Origin: Myxococcota bacterium
GTDB lineage: Bacteria; Myxococcota_A; UBA796; GCA-2862545
DNA: 39,392 nt
Reading direction: 5' to 3'
Assembly: GCA_039208735.1 (NCBI GenBank)
Contig: JBCCQY010000076.1
Span: 1 to 39,392 of the forward strand
Each line of letters begins with the position of its first letter. The first letter of the stretch is position 1. The notes under the pieces were generated by a model. It was not told the DNA's origin. It searched no databases and saw nothing but the letters and a program-made list of their open reading frames with translations. The translations under genes and the position numbers were made by a program. Shown in pieces: positions 9,546 to 19,157 of the stretch.

Positions 9546-10036
9546 AGGCGCCGACCAGGGCCGCCGGAACTGCCTTCGCTGTCGTCCGGCTCGCGGTCGC
9601 CCTCCTCAGGCCGGGGCAGGCCGAGGGCCAAGACCAACAGCTCCTCGATCCCTTGGTCAAACAAGGGCACCCTCAGCTCACGAAACCGTCGTTTGCGAAG
9701 ATAAACCCATCGATTTCCTAGCTCTGCTTCACGGTAGAGCCGGTGGACGTCATCTCCCGTGCCCTCCATCTCGGCGGTGAGGTCGCCGATGCCGTCGGGG
9801 GCGAAGTGCAGATAGCGTTCGCCGTAACGGAGCGTGAGGCCCTGCTTCGTGCGCTGCACGGTCAGGAAGCCGATGTCCTTTGCCAACGCCTGGAGTTCGC
9901 CAAACAGCTCGTCGCGAGCCGCTTGTGCGAGCTGCTCCGCTTCGGCCGCCGACCGCTCCCGGTCCTGACGCGCATCCTCGGCTTTTTCCACCGCTTTCTT
10001 GAATCGCGAAGCCAGGCGGGATCGACGCTCTCCCAT
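9542..10036 (-). CDS. Hypothetical protein, 164 aa (N-terminal coiled-coil-like, beta-rich C-terminal half)
   Basis: ATG at 10036 is preceded by GGAGG at 7 nt. Fills an otherwise empty interval and has natural protein composition. The longer ORF-track version (to 10645) is antisense to Hsp70. Confidence 0.7.
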   Translation of the reverse strand: MGERRSRLASRFKKAVEKAEDARQDRERSAAEAEQLAQAARDELFGELQALAKDIGFLTVQRTKQGLTLRYGERYLHFAPDGIGDLTAEMEGTGDDVHRLYREAELGNRWVYLRKRRFRELRVPLFDQGIEELLVLALGLPRPEEGDREPDDSEGSSGGPGRRL

Positions 10037-10105
10037 CGGTTTGCCTCCACCAGCTTCCGTAACCGGGCGAGCCCACAACGAGCGGGAGCTGGCGCTGCCA
10101 TCGCG

Positions 10106-10135
10106 TTGACCGACGAATTCGGACTGTGCTATGCC
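10106..10135 (+). promoter_or_regulatory. Candidate sigma70-type promoter for the Hsp70-trmJ-murA-dnaG-rpoD run
   Basis: TTGACC (10106-11), 18 nt spacer, TG-n-TATGCC (10127-35), in a divergent intergenic region. The -10 lacks the final conserved T. Confidence 0.3.
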
Positions 10136-10195
10136 CCCTGACACTACAGTTGGGCCCCGTGCGGTCCGATCCAATGTGGCAAACCCGGAAGGCCC

Positions 10196-11971
10196 ATGAG
10201 CAAGGCGATCGGCATCGATCTCGGCACGACGAACTCGTGCTGTGCCTACGTTCGCAACGGCAAGCCTCAAGTGGTCATCTACCGTGATGGCTCCCGGACC
10301 ATCCCTTCCGTCTTCGCGATCGACAAGAACGGCAATCGCTTGGTCGGTAAGGACGCCAAGACCCAGGCCGCCGCCAATCCCGACCACACCATCGCGGCAA
10401 GCAAGCGCCTGATCGGCCGGTCCTTCGGCTCGAACGCCATGGAGAAGATGCAGCAGGTCTTCACCTACGAACTCGTCGAAGGCGAGCAGAGCGAGGTGTT
10501 GATCAAGGTGGCCGACCAGGTCTTCACGCTCGAGCAGATCTCGGCCGCGATTCTTCGGCGCATCAAGGAGTCCGCTGAAGACGCGCTGAACGAAGAGGTC
10601 GATCAGGCGGTCATCACGGTTCCGGCCTACTTCAACGATCGGCAACGGCAGGCGGTACGCTCGGCCGGCAAACTCGCGGGCCTCAAGGTGCTGCGGGTCC
10701 TCAACGAGCCGACCGCCGCGGCGCTCGCCTACGGCCTCGGTAAGACGCTCAACCAGCGGGTTGCCATCTACGACTTAGGCGGCGGCACCTTCGACATCTC
10801 GATCATCGACATCAAGGACAAGATCTTCGAAGTCATCGCGACGGGCGGGGACACGTTCCTCGGCGGTGTGGACTTCGACGATCGACTCATGCAGTACGTG
10901 CTGCAGACGTTCGTGAACGAAACCGACATCGACGTGTCTTACGACCGGTCGGCGGTCACCCGGATCCGCGACGCCTCCGAGATGGCCAAGATTCGCCTGT
11001 CGGACGACGAAGAGACCGAGATCGCTCTCGACCACATCTGCGACGACGACGACGGCAATCCGGTGGACCTCAAGATCCCCGTCAGCCGGGCAAAGCTCGA
11101 AGAGCTGACCGAAGACCTGATCGATCGATCCATTGCCACCTGCGAACGCATCCTCCAGGAGGCCCGCACCACCCACCAAGACATCGATGAGATGTTGCTT
11201 GTGGGCGGGCAGTCGCGCATGCCGCTCGTGCGCCAAAAGCTGGGCACGTTCATCGGCCGCGAGCCATCCAACAAGGTCGACCCTGACGAAGCTGTCGCCA
11301 TTGGTGCGGCCATCATGGCCCACAGCCTGTCGTCCAAGGCCGGTCCGCAGGACATGACGCTGCTCGACGTCCTGCCCATGGCGATCGGGATCAACAAGGT
11401 CGACGGCACGATGCATGTGCTGTTCGCCAAAAATCAGCCGCTGCCGGACTACAAGACCCGAAAGCTGACCACGAGCAAAGACAACCAACGCTCAATCATG
11501 CTGCGGATCTACCAAGGCGAATCCAAGCTCGTAGACGAAAATGAGCTTCTCGGAACCTTCGTATTCAGCGGATTACGAGAGGCGCCCAAGGGCGAAGTCA
11601 AGATCGAGGTCACCTTCCACATCGACAGCGAAGGCATCCTCAACCTCACGGCCCGTGACATCGAGACGGGCCAGCTCGTGGAGTCCCGGCTCAAGCTCGG
11701 CAAGGAAGAGGGACGTCAGACGGCTCCTCCTCGACCGACCTCCCAGCGGCGCCCGGCGCGCCCCAAACCAGAACCCAAACCCGCGGCGACCGTCCCACCC
11801 GAGCTGAACATGCCGCGCCCGTCGACCAGGCCCACGCCTGTCAACCCCGAGCGGCCCCCTCCTCCGGCCCCCACGCCCCAGGGTGCGCAAACGCCAGATG
11901 ACGTGCTTGAGCCTGTGCAACAGCAAGGATTCTTCGCCTGGTTGCTGTCGCTGTTCGGCATCAAGATCTAG
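10196..11971 (+). CDS. Hsp70/DnaK-family protein, atypical C-terminus (no helical lid; Pro-rich linker and amphipathic tail)
   Basis: Motifs GIDLGTTNS, SKRLIG, TVPAYFND, NEPTAAALAYG, YDLGGGTFDIS, LVGGQSRMP and DPDEAVAIGAA; linker TLLDVLP; SBD-beta DNQ...IYQGE, IEVTFHID.EGIL. No grpE adjacent, so probably a paralogue. Confidence 0.9.
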   Translation: MSKAIGIDLGTTNSCCAYVRNGKPQVVIYRDGSRTIPSVFAIDKNGNRLVGKDAKTQAAANPDHTIAASKRLIGRSFGSNAMEKMQQVFTYELVEGEQSEVLIKVADQVFTLEQISAAILRRIKESAEDALNEEVDQAVITVPAYFNDRQRQAVRSAGKLAGLKVLRVLNEPTAAALAYGLGKTLNQRVAIYDLGGGTFDISIIDIKDKIFEVIATGGDTFLGGVDFDDRLMQYVLQTFVNETDIDVSYDRSAVTRIRDASEMAKIRLSDDEETEIALDHICDDDDGNPVDLKIPVSRAKLEELTEDLIDRSIATCERILQEARTTHQDIDEMLLVGGQSRMPLVRQKLGTFIGREPSNKVDPDEAVAIGAAIMAHSLSSKAGPQDMTLLDVLPMAIGINKVDGTMHVLFAKNQPLPDYKTRKLTTSKDNQRSIMLRIYQGESKLVDENELLGTFVFSGLREAPKGEVKIEVTFHIDSEGILNLTARDIETGQLVESRLKLGKEEGRQTAPPRPTSQRRPARPKPEPKPAATVPPELNMPRPSTRPTPVNPERPPPPAPTPQGAQTPDDVLEPVQQQGFFAWLLSLFGIKI

Positions 11972-11978
11972 CGACCGC

Positions 11979-12758
11979 ATGGAACAGATCGTCGTTGTGC
12001 TGGTTCAGCCCCAGCATCCGGGCAACGTTGGCGCCACTGCGCGGGCCATGAAGAACTTCGGGCTGTCTCGCCTCGTGATCGTCGATCCACCGGCCTACGA
12101 CAGCGAGCGGGCGCGATGGATGGCGCCCGGCTGTGACGAGATCCTCGCCAAGATGCGAATCGTAGCAACCCTCGACGATGCGTTGCAGGGCGTCCATCGG
12201 GCACTTGGAACCACCGCGAGGCACCGTCGAGACGGCCAGCCGGTTCTCGAGCCGCACGAGGCCGCAAACGACATTTGGGACGACGGCCGGGTGCACGCCA
12301 TCTTGTTTGGCCGCGAAGATTTCGGCCTCGACAGCGAGTCAACCCGCCGGTGCGAAGCGCTGATTCGCATCCCCACGAGCGAGCACGCGAGCCTCAACCT
12401 TGCCCAAGCGGCCGTGATCATCAGCCACTCCCTCTTTGAAGCGGGCCGACGACGGGGGCAACATGCGACCGGTCGGACGCTGGGAGGGTCTCGCCCCACG
12501 ACCACCGCGACCGTCCAGCGCCCCTCTCCCCGGGATCGGCTTGCCGAACTCGACGTCGTACGGCCTGCCGCCACCGAAGTGGTCGACCTGCTGGGGAGAG
12601 TTGGCTACTTGCGCGGCACGCCTGCGCACAAGGTCCAGCTCACCGTCGAGCAAGCCCTCGTCCGTGGCCGGTTGTCGGTTCGTCACGTCGAGGCCCTACG
12701 TGGCATGGTCCACCGCGTCGACTGGGCCCTCGACAATCCGGACGACGCCAAGGACTGA
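11979..12758 (+). CDS. trmJ: TrmJ/LasT-family SPOUT tRNA/RNA methyltransferase
   Basis: Motifs VVLVQPQHPGNVGATARAMKNFG, GTTAR, LFGRE.FGL and SLNLAQA. ATG at 11979. Confidence 0.85.
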   Translation: MEQIVVVLVQPQHPGNVGATARAMKNFGLSRLVIVDPPAYDSERARWMAPGCDEILAKMRIVATLDDALQGVHRALGTTARHRRDGQPVLEPHEAANDIWDDGRVHAILFGREDFGLDSESTRRCEALIRIPTSEHASLNLAQAAVIISHSLFEAGRRRGQHATGRTLGGSRPTTTATVQRPSPRDRLAELDVVRPAATEVVDLLGRVGYLRGTPAHKVQLTVEQALVRGRLSVRHVEALRGMVHRVDWALDNPDDAKD

Positions 12759-12804
12759 CCTTGGCCCAATCTGTGCAGTCCGGACTTCCGGAACAGGAGA
12801 CGCT

Positions 12805-14130
12805 GTGGAAAAGCTCGTGATCGCTGGCGGTCAGCCCCTGCACGGAACCATCCGGTGCTCCGGGGCGAAGAATGCCGCGCTGCCCATCCTGATCGCCACA
12901 CTGCTGGCCCCAGGCGAGCACCGCCTCGCCAACGTACCCGACCTCGCCGATACGTCGTCGACCCTGTCGTTGCTCGGCCGCATCGGCTGCCCCAGCCTGG
13001 TGCAGGGCGGTGTCCGACTCGACACGAGCCGCATCGCCTTTAAGGAGGCGCCCTACGACGTGGTGCGAAAGATGCGAGCGTCGGTGTTGGTCTTGGGTCC
13101 CCTCCTCGCCCGGTGTGGTGAAGCCAAGGTGTCGATGCCTGGCGGATGTGCGATTGGCACGCGCCCTATTGATCAGCACCTCAAGGGCCTCGAAGCCCTG
13201 GGCTGTCGCTTCGAGCTGTCTGGCGGCTACATCCATGGCGTGGCCGACGATCTTCGCGGAGCCGAGATCCACCTCGACATGCCGACGGTCACAGGCACAG
13301 AGAATATCCTGATGGCTGCCGTGCTCGCCACCGGGACGTCGACCCTCCACAACGCGGCGCGCGAGCCCGAAGTTGTCGATCTGGTGCGGTTTCTCCGTGC
13401 CCTTGGAGCGAAGATCGAAGGTGAGGGAACGAGCACCCTCACCATCGAGGGCGTGCCTCGGCTCTGGCCAGCCTCCCGTCCCTACGCCATCGTGAGCGAC
13501 CGGATTGAGGCTGGGACGTACCTGTGTGCAGGGGCCATCGCCGGAGGCGACATCGAGGTCGTCTGCGAACCCTCGCTGCTCACCGCGACGCTCGACATGC
13601 TCCGCGCGGCAGGCTGCACCATCGACGTCTCGGAGGATCGGGTTCGCCTTCGCCGAGAGGGGCCGTTGACCGCCTTCAAGGCGCAAACGCAACCCTACCC
13701 CGGCCTTCCGACCGACATGCAGGCCCAGCTGATGTCGGTGGCCACGCTCGCCCGTGGCGAATCCTCGATCGAAGAGACCATCTTCGAAAACCGATTCATG
13801 CATGCCGCTGAACTCGTCCGTTTGGGCGCCGACATCACCCATACGGGCCGGCACGCCACGATCCAAGGCGTCGACAAGCTCACCGGCGCATCGGTCATGG
13901 CCTCCGACCTTCGTGCCTCGGCGGCGTTGGTCCTGGCGGGACTCGCGGCAGGGAGCCTTACCGAAGTGCTGCGCATCTACCACCTCGATCGAGGCTACGA
14001 GGACCTAGTCGGCAAGCTCCGGCGGGTGGGCGCCCGCATCGTGCGGGTATCGGACGCGATGACCGACCGCGCCGCAATGACCGATGCGCTGGCACAGGCT
14101 GACGAAGCCGACAACGTCGCAGCCACTTAA
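12805..14130 (+). CDS. murA: UDP-N-acetylglucosamine 1-carboxyvinyltransferase
   Basis: GTG at 12805 with AGGAG SD (12795-99). Motifs SGAKNAALPI, RASVLVLGPLL, PGGCAIGTRPIDQH (catalytic Cys), NAAREPE, DRIEAGT, PTDMQAQ, IFENRF, DLRA and HLDRGYE. Confidence 0.96.
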   Translation: MEKLVIAGGQPLHGTIRCSGAKNAALPILIATLLAPGEHRLANVPDLADTSSTLSLLGRIGCPSLVQGGVRLDTSRIAFKEAPYDVVRKMRASVLVLGPLLARCGEAKVSMPGGCAIGTRPIDQHLKGLEALGCRFELSGGYIHGVADDLRGAEIHLDMPTVTGTENILMAAVLATGTSTLHNAAREPEVVDLVRFLRALGAKIEGEGTSTLTIEGVPRLWPASRPYAIVSDRIEAGTYLCAGAIAGGDIEVVCEPSLLTATLDMLRAAGCTIDVSEDRVRLRREGPLTAFKAQTQPYPGLPTDMQAQLMSVATLARGESSIEETIFENRFMHAAELVRLGADITHTGRHATIQGVDKLTGASVMASDLRASAALVLAGLAAGSLTEVLRIYHLDRGYEDLVGKLRRVGARIVRVSDAMTDRAAMTDALAQADEADNVAAT

Positions 14131-14174
14131 GAAGGTCAATCGCTGTCCGTGGCGGGTGTTACGGCATTCGGGCT

Positions 14175-15995
14175 GTGCCGCGTATTCCCCGAGACATTGT
14201 TGACGCCGTTCGCGACCGCACCGACCTGGCCGAGGTGATCGGTCGACACGTGGCGTTGTCCCGTCGCGGCAAGAACTTCGTGGGGCTTTGTCCCTTCCAC
14301 CAAGAGAAGACTCCCTCGTTCAACGTCATCCCCGACAAAGGGATCTTTCACTGTTTTGGGTGTGAGACGGGCGGCGACGTCTTCAAGTTTCTCATGTTGC
14401 TCGAGGGCCTTTCCTTCGTCGAAGTGGTGAAGGAACTCGCCGGACCGGCGGGCGTCACCATCGAAGAACGCGAGATGACGGCGGCCGAACGTCGGGCCAT
14501 GAAGCAGCGCGCCACCTTGTTCGACGTGCTTACTGCGGCCAGCCGATTCTATGAAGCGGAACTCTGGACTCGCGCTTCTGGGGCCACCGCCCGTGCCTAC
14601 CTCGAGCGACGCCAAATCGAAGAGGGAACGAGTCGTGCCGCGGGGTTGGGGTGGGCCCCAGGCGGCTGGACGCGCCTCATCGACCATCTGCATAAAGAAG
14701 GCTTTTCGCCCGAGCAGATCGCCGATTCCGGACTCGCACGGCCCCGTCAAAGCGGCAGCGGGTTCTACGACACTCTACGCGAACGTCTCGTCATTCCCAT
14801 TCGGGACGAGCGAGGGCGCACCATCGCCTTCGGCGGGCGCTTGCTCGAGGGCGACGGGCCCAAGTACCTCAACACGCCTGAGACCCGCCTTTACCAAAAG
14901 TCGCGGGTGTTGTTTGGACTCGACGTGGCCCGTGCGGCCATCGCCAAGAAGGGGCGTGCACTGGTTGTCGAGGGCTACTTCGACGTCATCTCGCTTCGGC
15001 AGGCGGGATTTGAAGAGACCGTGGCCACATGCGGAACCGCCCTCACCCCCGACCACCTCGAGAAGATTCGTCGTCTTTCGCGCGACGTGCTGTTGCTTCT
15101 CGATGCCGACGAGGCGGGGCAAAACGCCGCCGAACGGACGCTTGAGGCCTTTGTTTCGGCCAGTATCCAGCCTTGGCGAGTCACCGTTCCGGGCGCCAAA
15201 GACCCCGATGAGCTGGTTCGAGAGTCCGGCGCCGAAGCGCTCGAAGAGGCGCTGAACCGTAAGCAGCCGCTGTTCGAATGGGTCGTCAGCCGACGACTCG
15301 ATCGCTACGGCACATCGTCCATGTCGCGAGAGCGGGTGCTCGAAGAGGTCCTCCCGCTCCTCGCCCGAGCAAAGGATGACGTGCTTACGTTCCGGGTCTC
15401 TGCGCGGCTTGGCATGTCCGAGGCCGCGGTCCGAAAGCAGCTCACCGAGTTTGAGCGGCGCCCTCGTGAGCCGCGAGCCTCCGAGGCATCCGCTGGCGAG
15501 ACGGCCGAGAACCGTGGCTGGAAGCCGCATGTCGACATGGTCCACCTGTTGTGGCTGCTCGTTCACCACCGCGACCACGTGGCCGACCTCTTGGTCCGTG
15601 CAGATCCGTCGCTCTTCGACGGTCACGCCGAGGTTCGGCCCGCGCTTGCCCGTCTCGTTTCGGGCGAACCCGTCGCCACCATCATCGATGAGACAGGCGA
15701 TCGGGGCGTCAAACGCACCCTTCTCGCAGTGGTCGCGCGCGATTCACTGTACACCGCCGAGCAAGCGCCACGCGCGGTCATCGAAATCCTCATGCGACTC
15801 ACCCAACCCTTGCGTGCGGCAAGACTCGCGAAACTCCAAGAGGACGTCACGCGATTCGAAGCAGCGGGGCAGTTCGACGAACTGCAGACCACGGTGCGCG
15901 AGAAGATGGAACTGCAGAAGCGTGAGAAAGCTTTGGAACGTGCGCTTCGCGAATCCGATCTGGATGGTGCGATGTCGTTACTCGGCACACCTTGA
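14175..15995 (+). CDS. dnaG: DNA primase
   Basis: CHC2 zinc finger CPFH.EKTPSF...CFGC; FGGR, PKYLNTPET; TOPRIM VEGYFDV, GTALT, DADEAG, KDPDE. Directly upstream of rpoD. Confidence 0.96.
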   Translation: MPRIPRDIVDAVRDRTDLAEVIGRHVALSRRGKNFVGLCPFHQEKTPSFNVIPDKGIFHCFGCETGGDVFKFLMLLEGLSFVEVVKELAGPAGVTIEEREMTAAERRAMKQRATLFDVLTAASRFYEAELWTRASGATARAYLERRQIEEGTSRAAGLGWAPGGWTRLIDHLHKEGFSPEQIADSGLARPRQSGSGFYDTLRERLVIPIRDERGRTIAFGGRLLEGDGPKYLNTPETRLYQKSRVLFGLDVARAAIAKKGRALVVEGYFDVISLRQAGFEETVATCGTALTPDHLEKIRRLSRDVLLLLDADEAGQNAAERTLEAFVSASIQPWRVTVPGAKDPDELVRESGAEALEEALNRKQPLFEWVVSRRLDRYGTSSMSRERVLEEVLPLLARAKDDVLTFRVSARLGMSEAAVRKQLTEFERRPREPRASEASAGETAENRGWKPHVDMVHLLWLLVHHRDHVADLLVRADPSLFDGHAEVRPALARLVSGEPVATIIDETGDRGVKRTLLAVVARDSLYTAEQAPRAVIEILMRLTQPLRAARLAKLQEDVTRFEAAGQFDELQTTVREKMELQKREKALERALRESDLDGAMSLLGTP

Positions 15996-16113
15996 GGAGA
16001 GTTGTCACCTTCGAACAGCCGCTGGTCTGGCGGTGTCGAACGTTCCTCGTTAACGACCGGGTGGTGTTCGCTCCGGACTCCGTCCGACATCCCTCACCAC
16101 GTACCCAGGAGAG

Positions 16114-17835
16114 ATGCTGCCCATGAAGATGCAGGAGGACCCCGAAGTCCAGCAGCTGATCACGATTGGAAAGCAGCGTGGGTACGTCACCTACGAGGAA
16201 ATGAGCAACGCCCTGCCGACCCACCTCATCTCCAGCGAACAGCGCCTTGACGAAGTGATGATCATGTTCTCCGACATGGAGATCGAGATCGTCAATGAGC
16301 AACGCAAGCGCGCCGAGGCGGAGCGCCGTGGCGACGGAAAGGACGATACCAAACCCGACGCCAATCGTAGCAACGACCCCGTTCGGGTCTACCTCCGCAA
16401 GATGGGCTCGGTCTCATTGCTGTCGCGCGAAGGCGAAATCGAAATCGCCAAGCGCATCGAAGATGGCGAACTAACCGTCAAGCGATTCGCATTGACGTCA
16501 GCGTTGGGCGTTCAGTTCATCGATGACCTCATCACCGAAGACGAAGAACGAATCCAGAAAGCCATCAAGAGCGGCAAGAAGCCAAAGGCCGCCAAAACGA
16601 AGGATGGCAAGTCGTTCTCCGACGCGCGAACGGTCGCTTGCGAGGCTCTCGACGCCCTCAAGGAACAACGTGAGGCGTTGGGCAAGGCCAAGTCGAAGCG
16701 CAAGCGCACCGAAATCACGGCGGCCATCGAGGACCTCGAAGAGGGCATTCTCGAGGTCATGGAAAGCCTCGATCTCTCGAAGAAGCAGATCGCGGTGATT
16801 TCCCAGCGCATCCAGGACAGCTGGGTCCAAATCGGCCGTGCAGAAAAGGAAATCGAGCTGGTCGCAAAGGATGCTCGCTTGCCGGTTCGCGAGTTGCGGC
16901 CATCCATTCGCAAAGTGCGGCGCAACTTCGAGACCGCGGGTCGCGAGGTCATCGAACGGACCGGCATCGACGAAGAACAATGGAAGGAGTTCGACAGCCG
17001 CGTCCGCCGTGAGCTGCGCAAGATCCGCAAGGTCGAACAGATCACGGGCATGACGCGCGACGAGTTGTGCATCGGCGCCCAGGAGCTTCGCAAAGGAGAG
17101 GCCCTCGCTGAGCAAGCCAAGAGCGAACTCGTTGAAGCAAACCTGCGCCTCGTGGTGTCGATCGCCAAGAAGTACACGAACCGTGGTCTGCAGTTCCTCG
17201 ACCTCATCCAAGAGGGGAACATCGGCCTCATGAAGGCGGTCGAGAAGTTCGAGTACCGCCGTGGCTACAAGTTCTCGACCTATGCCACGTGGTGGATTCG
17301 GCAGGCCATCACCCGCGCCATCGCGGACCAGGCGCGAACGATCCGCATCCCGGTCCACATGATCGAGACGATCAACAAGCTCATTCGCACGCAGCGCCAC
17401 CTTCAACAGGAACTCGCTCGGGAGCCCCGCCCTGAAGAGATCGCCGAGAAGATGGAGATGCCCGTCGACAAGGTCCACAAGATCTTGAAGATCGCGAAGG
17501 AGCCGATTTCGCTTGAAACGCCCATTGGCGAAGAAGAAGACAGCCATTTGGGCGACTTCATCGAAGACAAGGCCACGCTTTCACCGTCCGAAAACATGGT
17601 CAACGCCTCCTTGACCGAGGCCACACGCAAGGTTCTGGCCACGCTTACGCCTCGTGAGGAACGGGTCCTCCGACTACGGTTCGGCATCGGACAGCCCCAC
17701 GACCACACCCTCGAAGAGGTGGGGCAGGACTTCGAAGTCACGCGCGAACGGATCCGCCAGATCGAGGCCAAAGCGCTTCGCAAGCTCCGCCATCCCTCGC
17801 GCCGTAAGCGTCTGCAGGCGTTCATCGACGGATAG
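16114..17835 (+). CDS. rpoD: Primary RNA polymerase sigma factor (sigma70)
   Basis: Region 1.1 ([11 protein letters not shown]), [66 protein letters not shown] and [26 protein letters not shown] at 16107-11; start may be ATG 16123. Confidence 0.97.
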   Translation: MLPMKMQEDPEVQQLITIGKQRGYVTYEEMSNALPTHLISSEQRLDEVMIMFSDMEIEIVNEQRKRAEAERRGDGKDDTKPDANRSNDPVRVYLRKMGSVSLLSREGEIEIAKRIEDGELTVKRFALTSALGVQFIDDLITEDEERIQKAIKSGKKPKAAKTKDGKSFSDARTVACEALDALKEQREALGKAKSKRKRTEITAAIEDLEEGILEVMESLDLSKKQIAVISQRIQDSWVQIGRAEKEIELVAKDARLPVRELRPSIRKVRRNFETAGREVIERTGIDEEQWKEFDSRVRRELRKIRKVEQITGMTRDELCIGAQELRKGEALAEQAKSELVEANLRLVVSIAKKYTNRGLQFLDLIQEGNIGLMKAVEKFEYRRGYKFSTYATWWIRQAITRAIADQARTIRIPVHMIETINKLIRTQRHLQQELAREPRPEEIAEKMEMPVDKVHKILKIAKEPISLETPIGEEEDSHLGDFIEDKATLSPSENMVNASLTEATRKVLATLTPREERVLRLRFGIGQPHDHTLEEVGQDFEVTRERIRQIEAKALRKLRHPSRRKRLQAFIDG

Positions 17836-17882
17836 AGGTTTGCGACTCGGACTCCGGCCGTTCGCATCGCGACGCGACCTCT
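17834..17882. terminator. Possible stem-loop between convergent rpoD and Ser/Thr kinase genes
   Basis: AGAGGT (17834-39)/ACCTCT (17877-82) and TGCGA (17841-45)/TCGCA (17862-66) are complementary. No U-tract on either strand. Confidence 0.25.
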
Positions 17883-17885
17883 GGC

Positions 17886-19157
17886 TCACGGAGTCGTGCT
17901 GAGGTCCTCGGGTTCCGCAACGATGGCGTCCAGCCCTCCATCGCCGCGAAGCAAGCTCGAGCCCGGTATTTGCGGCGACATGCCGACCAACGTGCCGCCC
18001 ACCAACAGACCAAGCGCGAGCAAGGCTACGCTCAGCATGGGCAACCACGCCGCATCGACCCATTGAGTCCGCTCGGGAGGCAAGCTGGGGACGCGGAACT
18101 CTGCGGTGGCCCTGGCTGAGGGCGGTGTTGGGCCAAACGTCCGACGCATGGCGGACTCCCCCGTTGGCGCGGCCTGCAACTGAGGCTCCGGGGTGGCTCG
18201 CGAAGGACCTGGTGTCTTGCTGCGCGTCACTGACACCAACAAGGGGGCGGGGGTGAGGTCAGCGATGGGCCGAGGCCCCTTGGGGGTGGGAGTTTCGGCG
18301 CCGTAGAGTTCGCGGACCACGGCTTCGGCGTCGGGCAAGCGCCGAGCCGGATCGACCTGAAGCAGGCCGTCGATCGTGGACGCGATTGCGGCGGGCACCT
18401 GCGGCACCAGGGCTCGGGCATCCTGTCGATCACCCGAAATGATTGCCTCGAACGTCGAAATTCGATCGTCAGCGGAGTAGGCCCGAACCCCGCAGACCAG
18501 TTCGAACAAGATGCAACCCAGCGCCCACATGTCTGCGCGCTGGTCGACTTGGCTCGGGTCCCGGATCTGCTCTGGCGACATGTATTCGGGGGTCCCCAGA
18601 GCCACCCCACTGTGGCTCACCGACTCCTGCACGATGAGGGACTTTACAAGTCCGAAATCCGTCACCTTGGGCACGAACCCGACCGAACTGGGCGCCAGTA
18701 GGACGTTGGCGGGCTTGAGGTCGCGGTGCACCAACCCTCGGGCATGTGCGGCGCCTACGCCACGGAGGATGCCTCGAAACAACCACAAGGCCTCTTCGAG
18801 GGTCGGGCGATGCTGCTCGAGCCAGTTGTCGAGCGATGGCCCGTCGACGTACTCCATGACCAACGCAGGGACGTTGTTGAGGTCCAGCACGTCGGTGACA
18901 CTGACGATGTTCGGATGCCGTAGGTTGGCCTGGACCTTCCCCTCGAGGAGCAAACGGTCGCGGACCACCGGAGAGGTGACGAACAACACCTTCAGCGCAT
19001 GGTCGGAGTCCAGCTGAAGATGGCGCACGCGGTACACCGCAGCCATCCCGCCTTGTCCGACGAGTTCTTCAACGCAGAAGCGCTGTATCGTTTGCCCGTG
19101 GGTGAGCACGGGTCTCTCATCGGTCCGTCGGCGCGACGTTCGATGTTCGACGGTCAC
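17886..19157 (-). CDS. Hanks-type Ser/Thr protein kinase with Pro-rich linker and C-terminal transmembrane helix
   Basis: Motifs GQGGMAAVY, ALK, HRDLKPANVLL, DFG, GTPEYMSPEQ and DMWALG. TM segment WLPMLSVALLALGLLVGGTLVGM. GTGA overlap with the desulfurase gene. Confidence 0.92.
   Translation of the reverse strand: MTVEHRTSRRRTDERPVLTHGQTIQRFCVEELVGQGGMAAVYRVRHLQLDSDHALKVLFVTSPVVRDRLLLEGKVQANLRHPNIVSVTDVLDLNNVPALVMEYVDGPSLDNWLEQHRPTLEEALWLFRGILRGVGAAHARGLVHRDLKPANVLLAPSSVGFVPKVTDFGLVKSLIVQESVSHSGVALGTPEYMSPEQIRDPSQVDQRADMWALGCILFELVCGVRAYSADDRISTFEAIISGDRQDARALVPQVPAAIASTIDGLLQVDPARRLPDAEAVVRELYGAETPTPKGPRPIADLTPAPLLVSVTRSKTPGPSRATPEPQLQAAPTGESAMRRTFGPTPPSARATAEFRVPSLPPERTQWVDAAWLPMLSVALLALGLLVGGTLVGMSPQIPGSSLLRGDGGLDAIVAEPEDLSTTP

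Noticed and set aside
10037..10195. CIRCE or sigma32 heat-shock element upstream of the Hsp70
   Set aside because: No TTAGCACTC-N9-GAGTGCTAA and no CTTGAA-N13/15-CCCCAT match is visible.
10037..11488. Long antisense ORFs opposite Hsp70 (extension of 9542-10645; 10775-11488)
   Set aside because: Antisense open frames are typical of GC-rich, codon-biased genes such as hsp70. Only 9542-10036 has an SD and independent coding space.
14056..14085. Short direct repeat GCGATGACCGAC/GCAATGACCGAT (AMTD x2) in the murA C-terminal extension
   Set aside because: Two imperfect 12-mers in a low-complexity tail; no evidence of function.
16010..16040. Imperfect hairpin between dnaG and rpoD
   Set aside because: It relies on several G-U pairs and bulges and has no U-tract, which is expected by chance at this GC content. 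It cannot be called a terminator.
16498..17547. 349-aa antisense ORF within rpoD
   Set aside because: Codon-bias shadow of a highly conserved gene.
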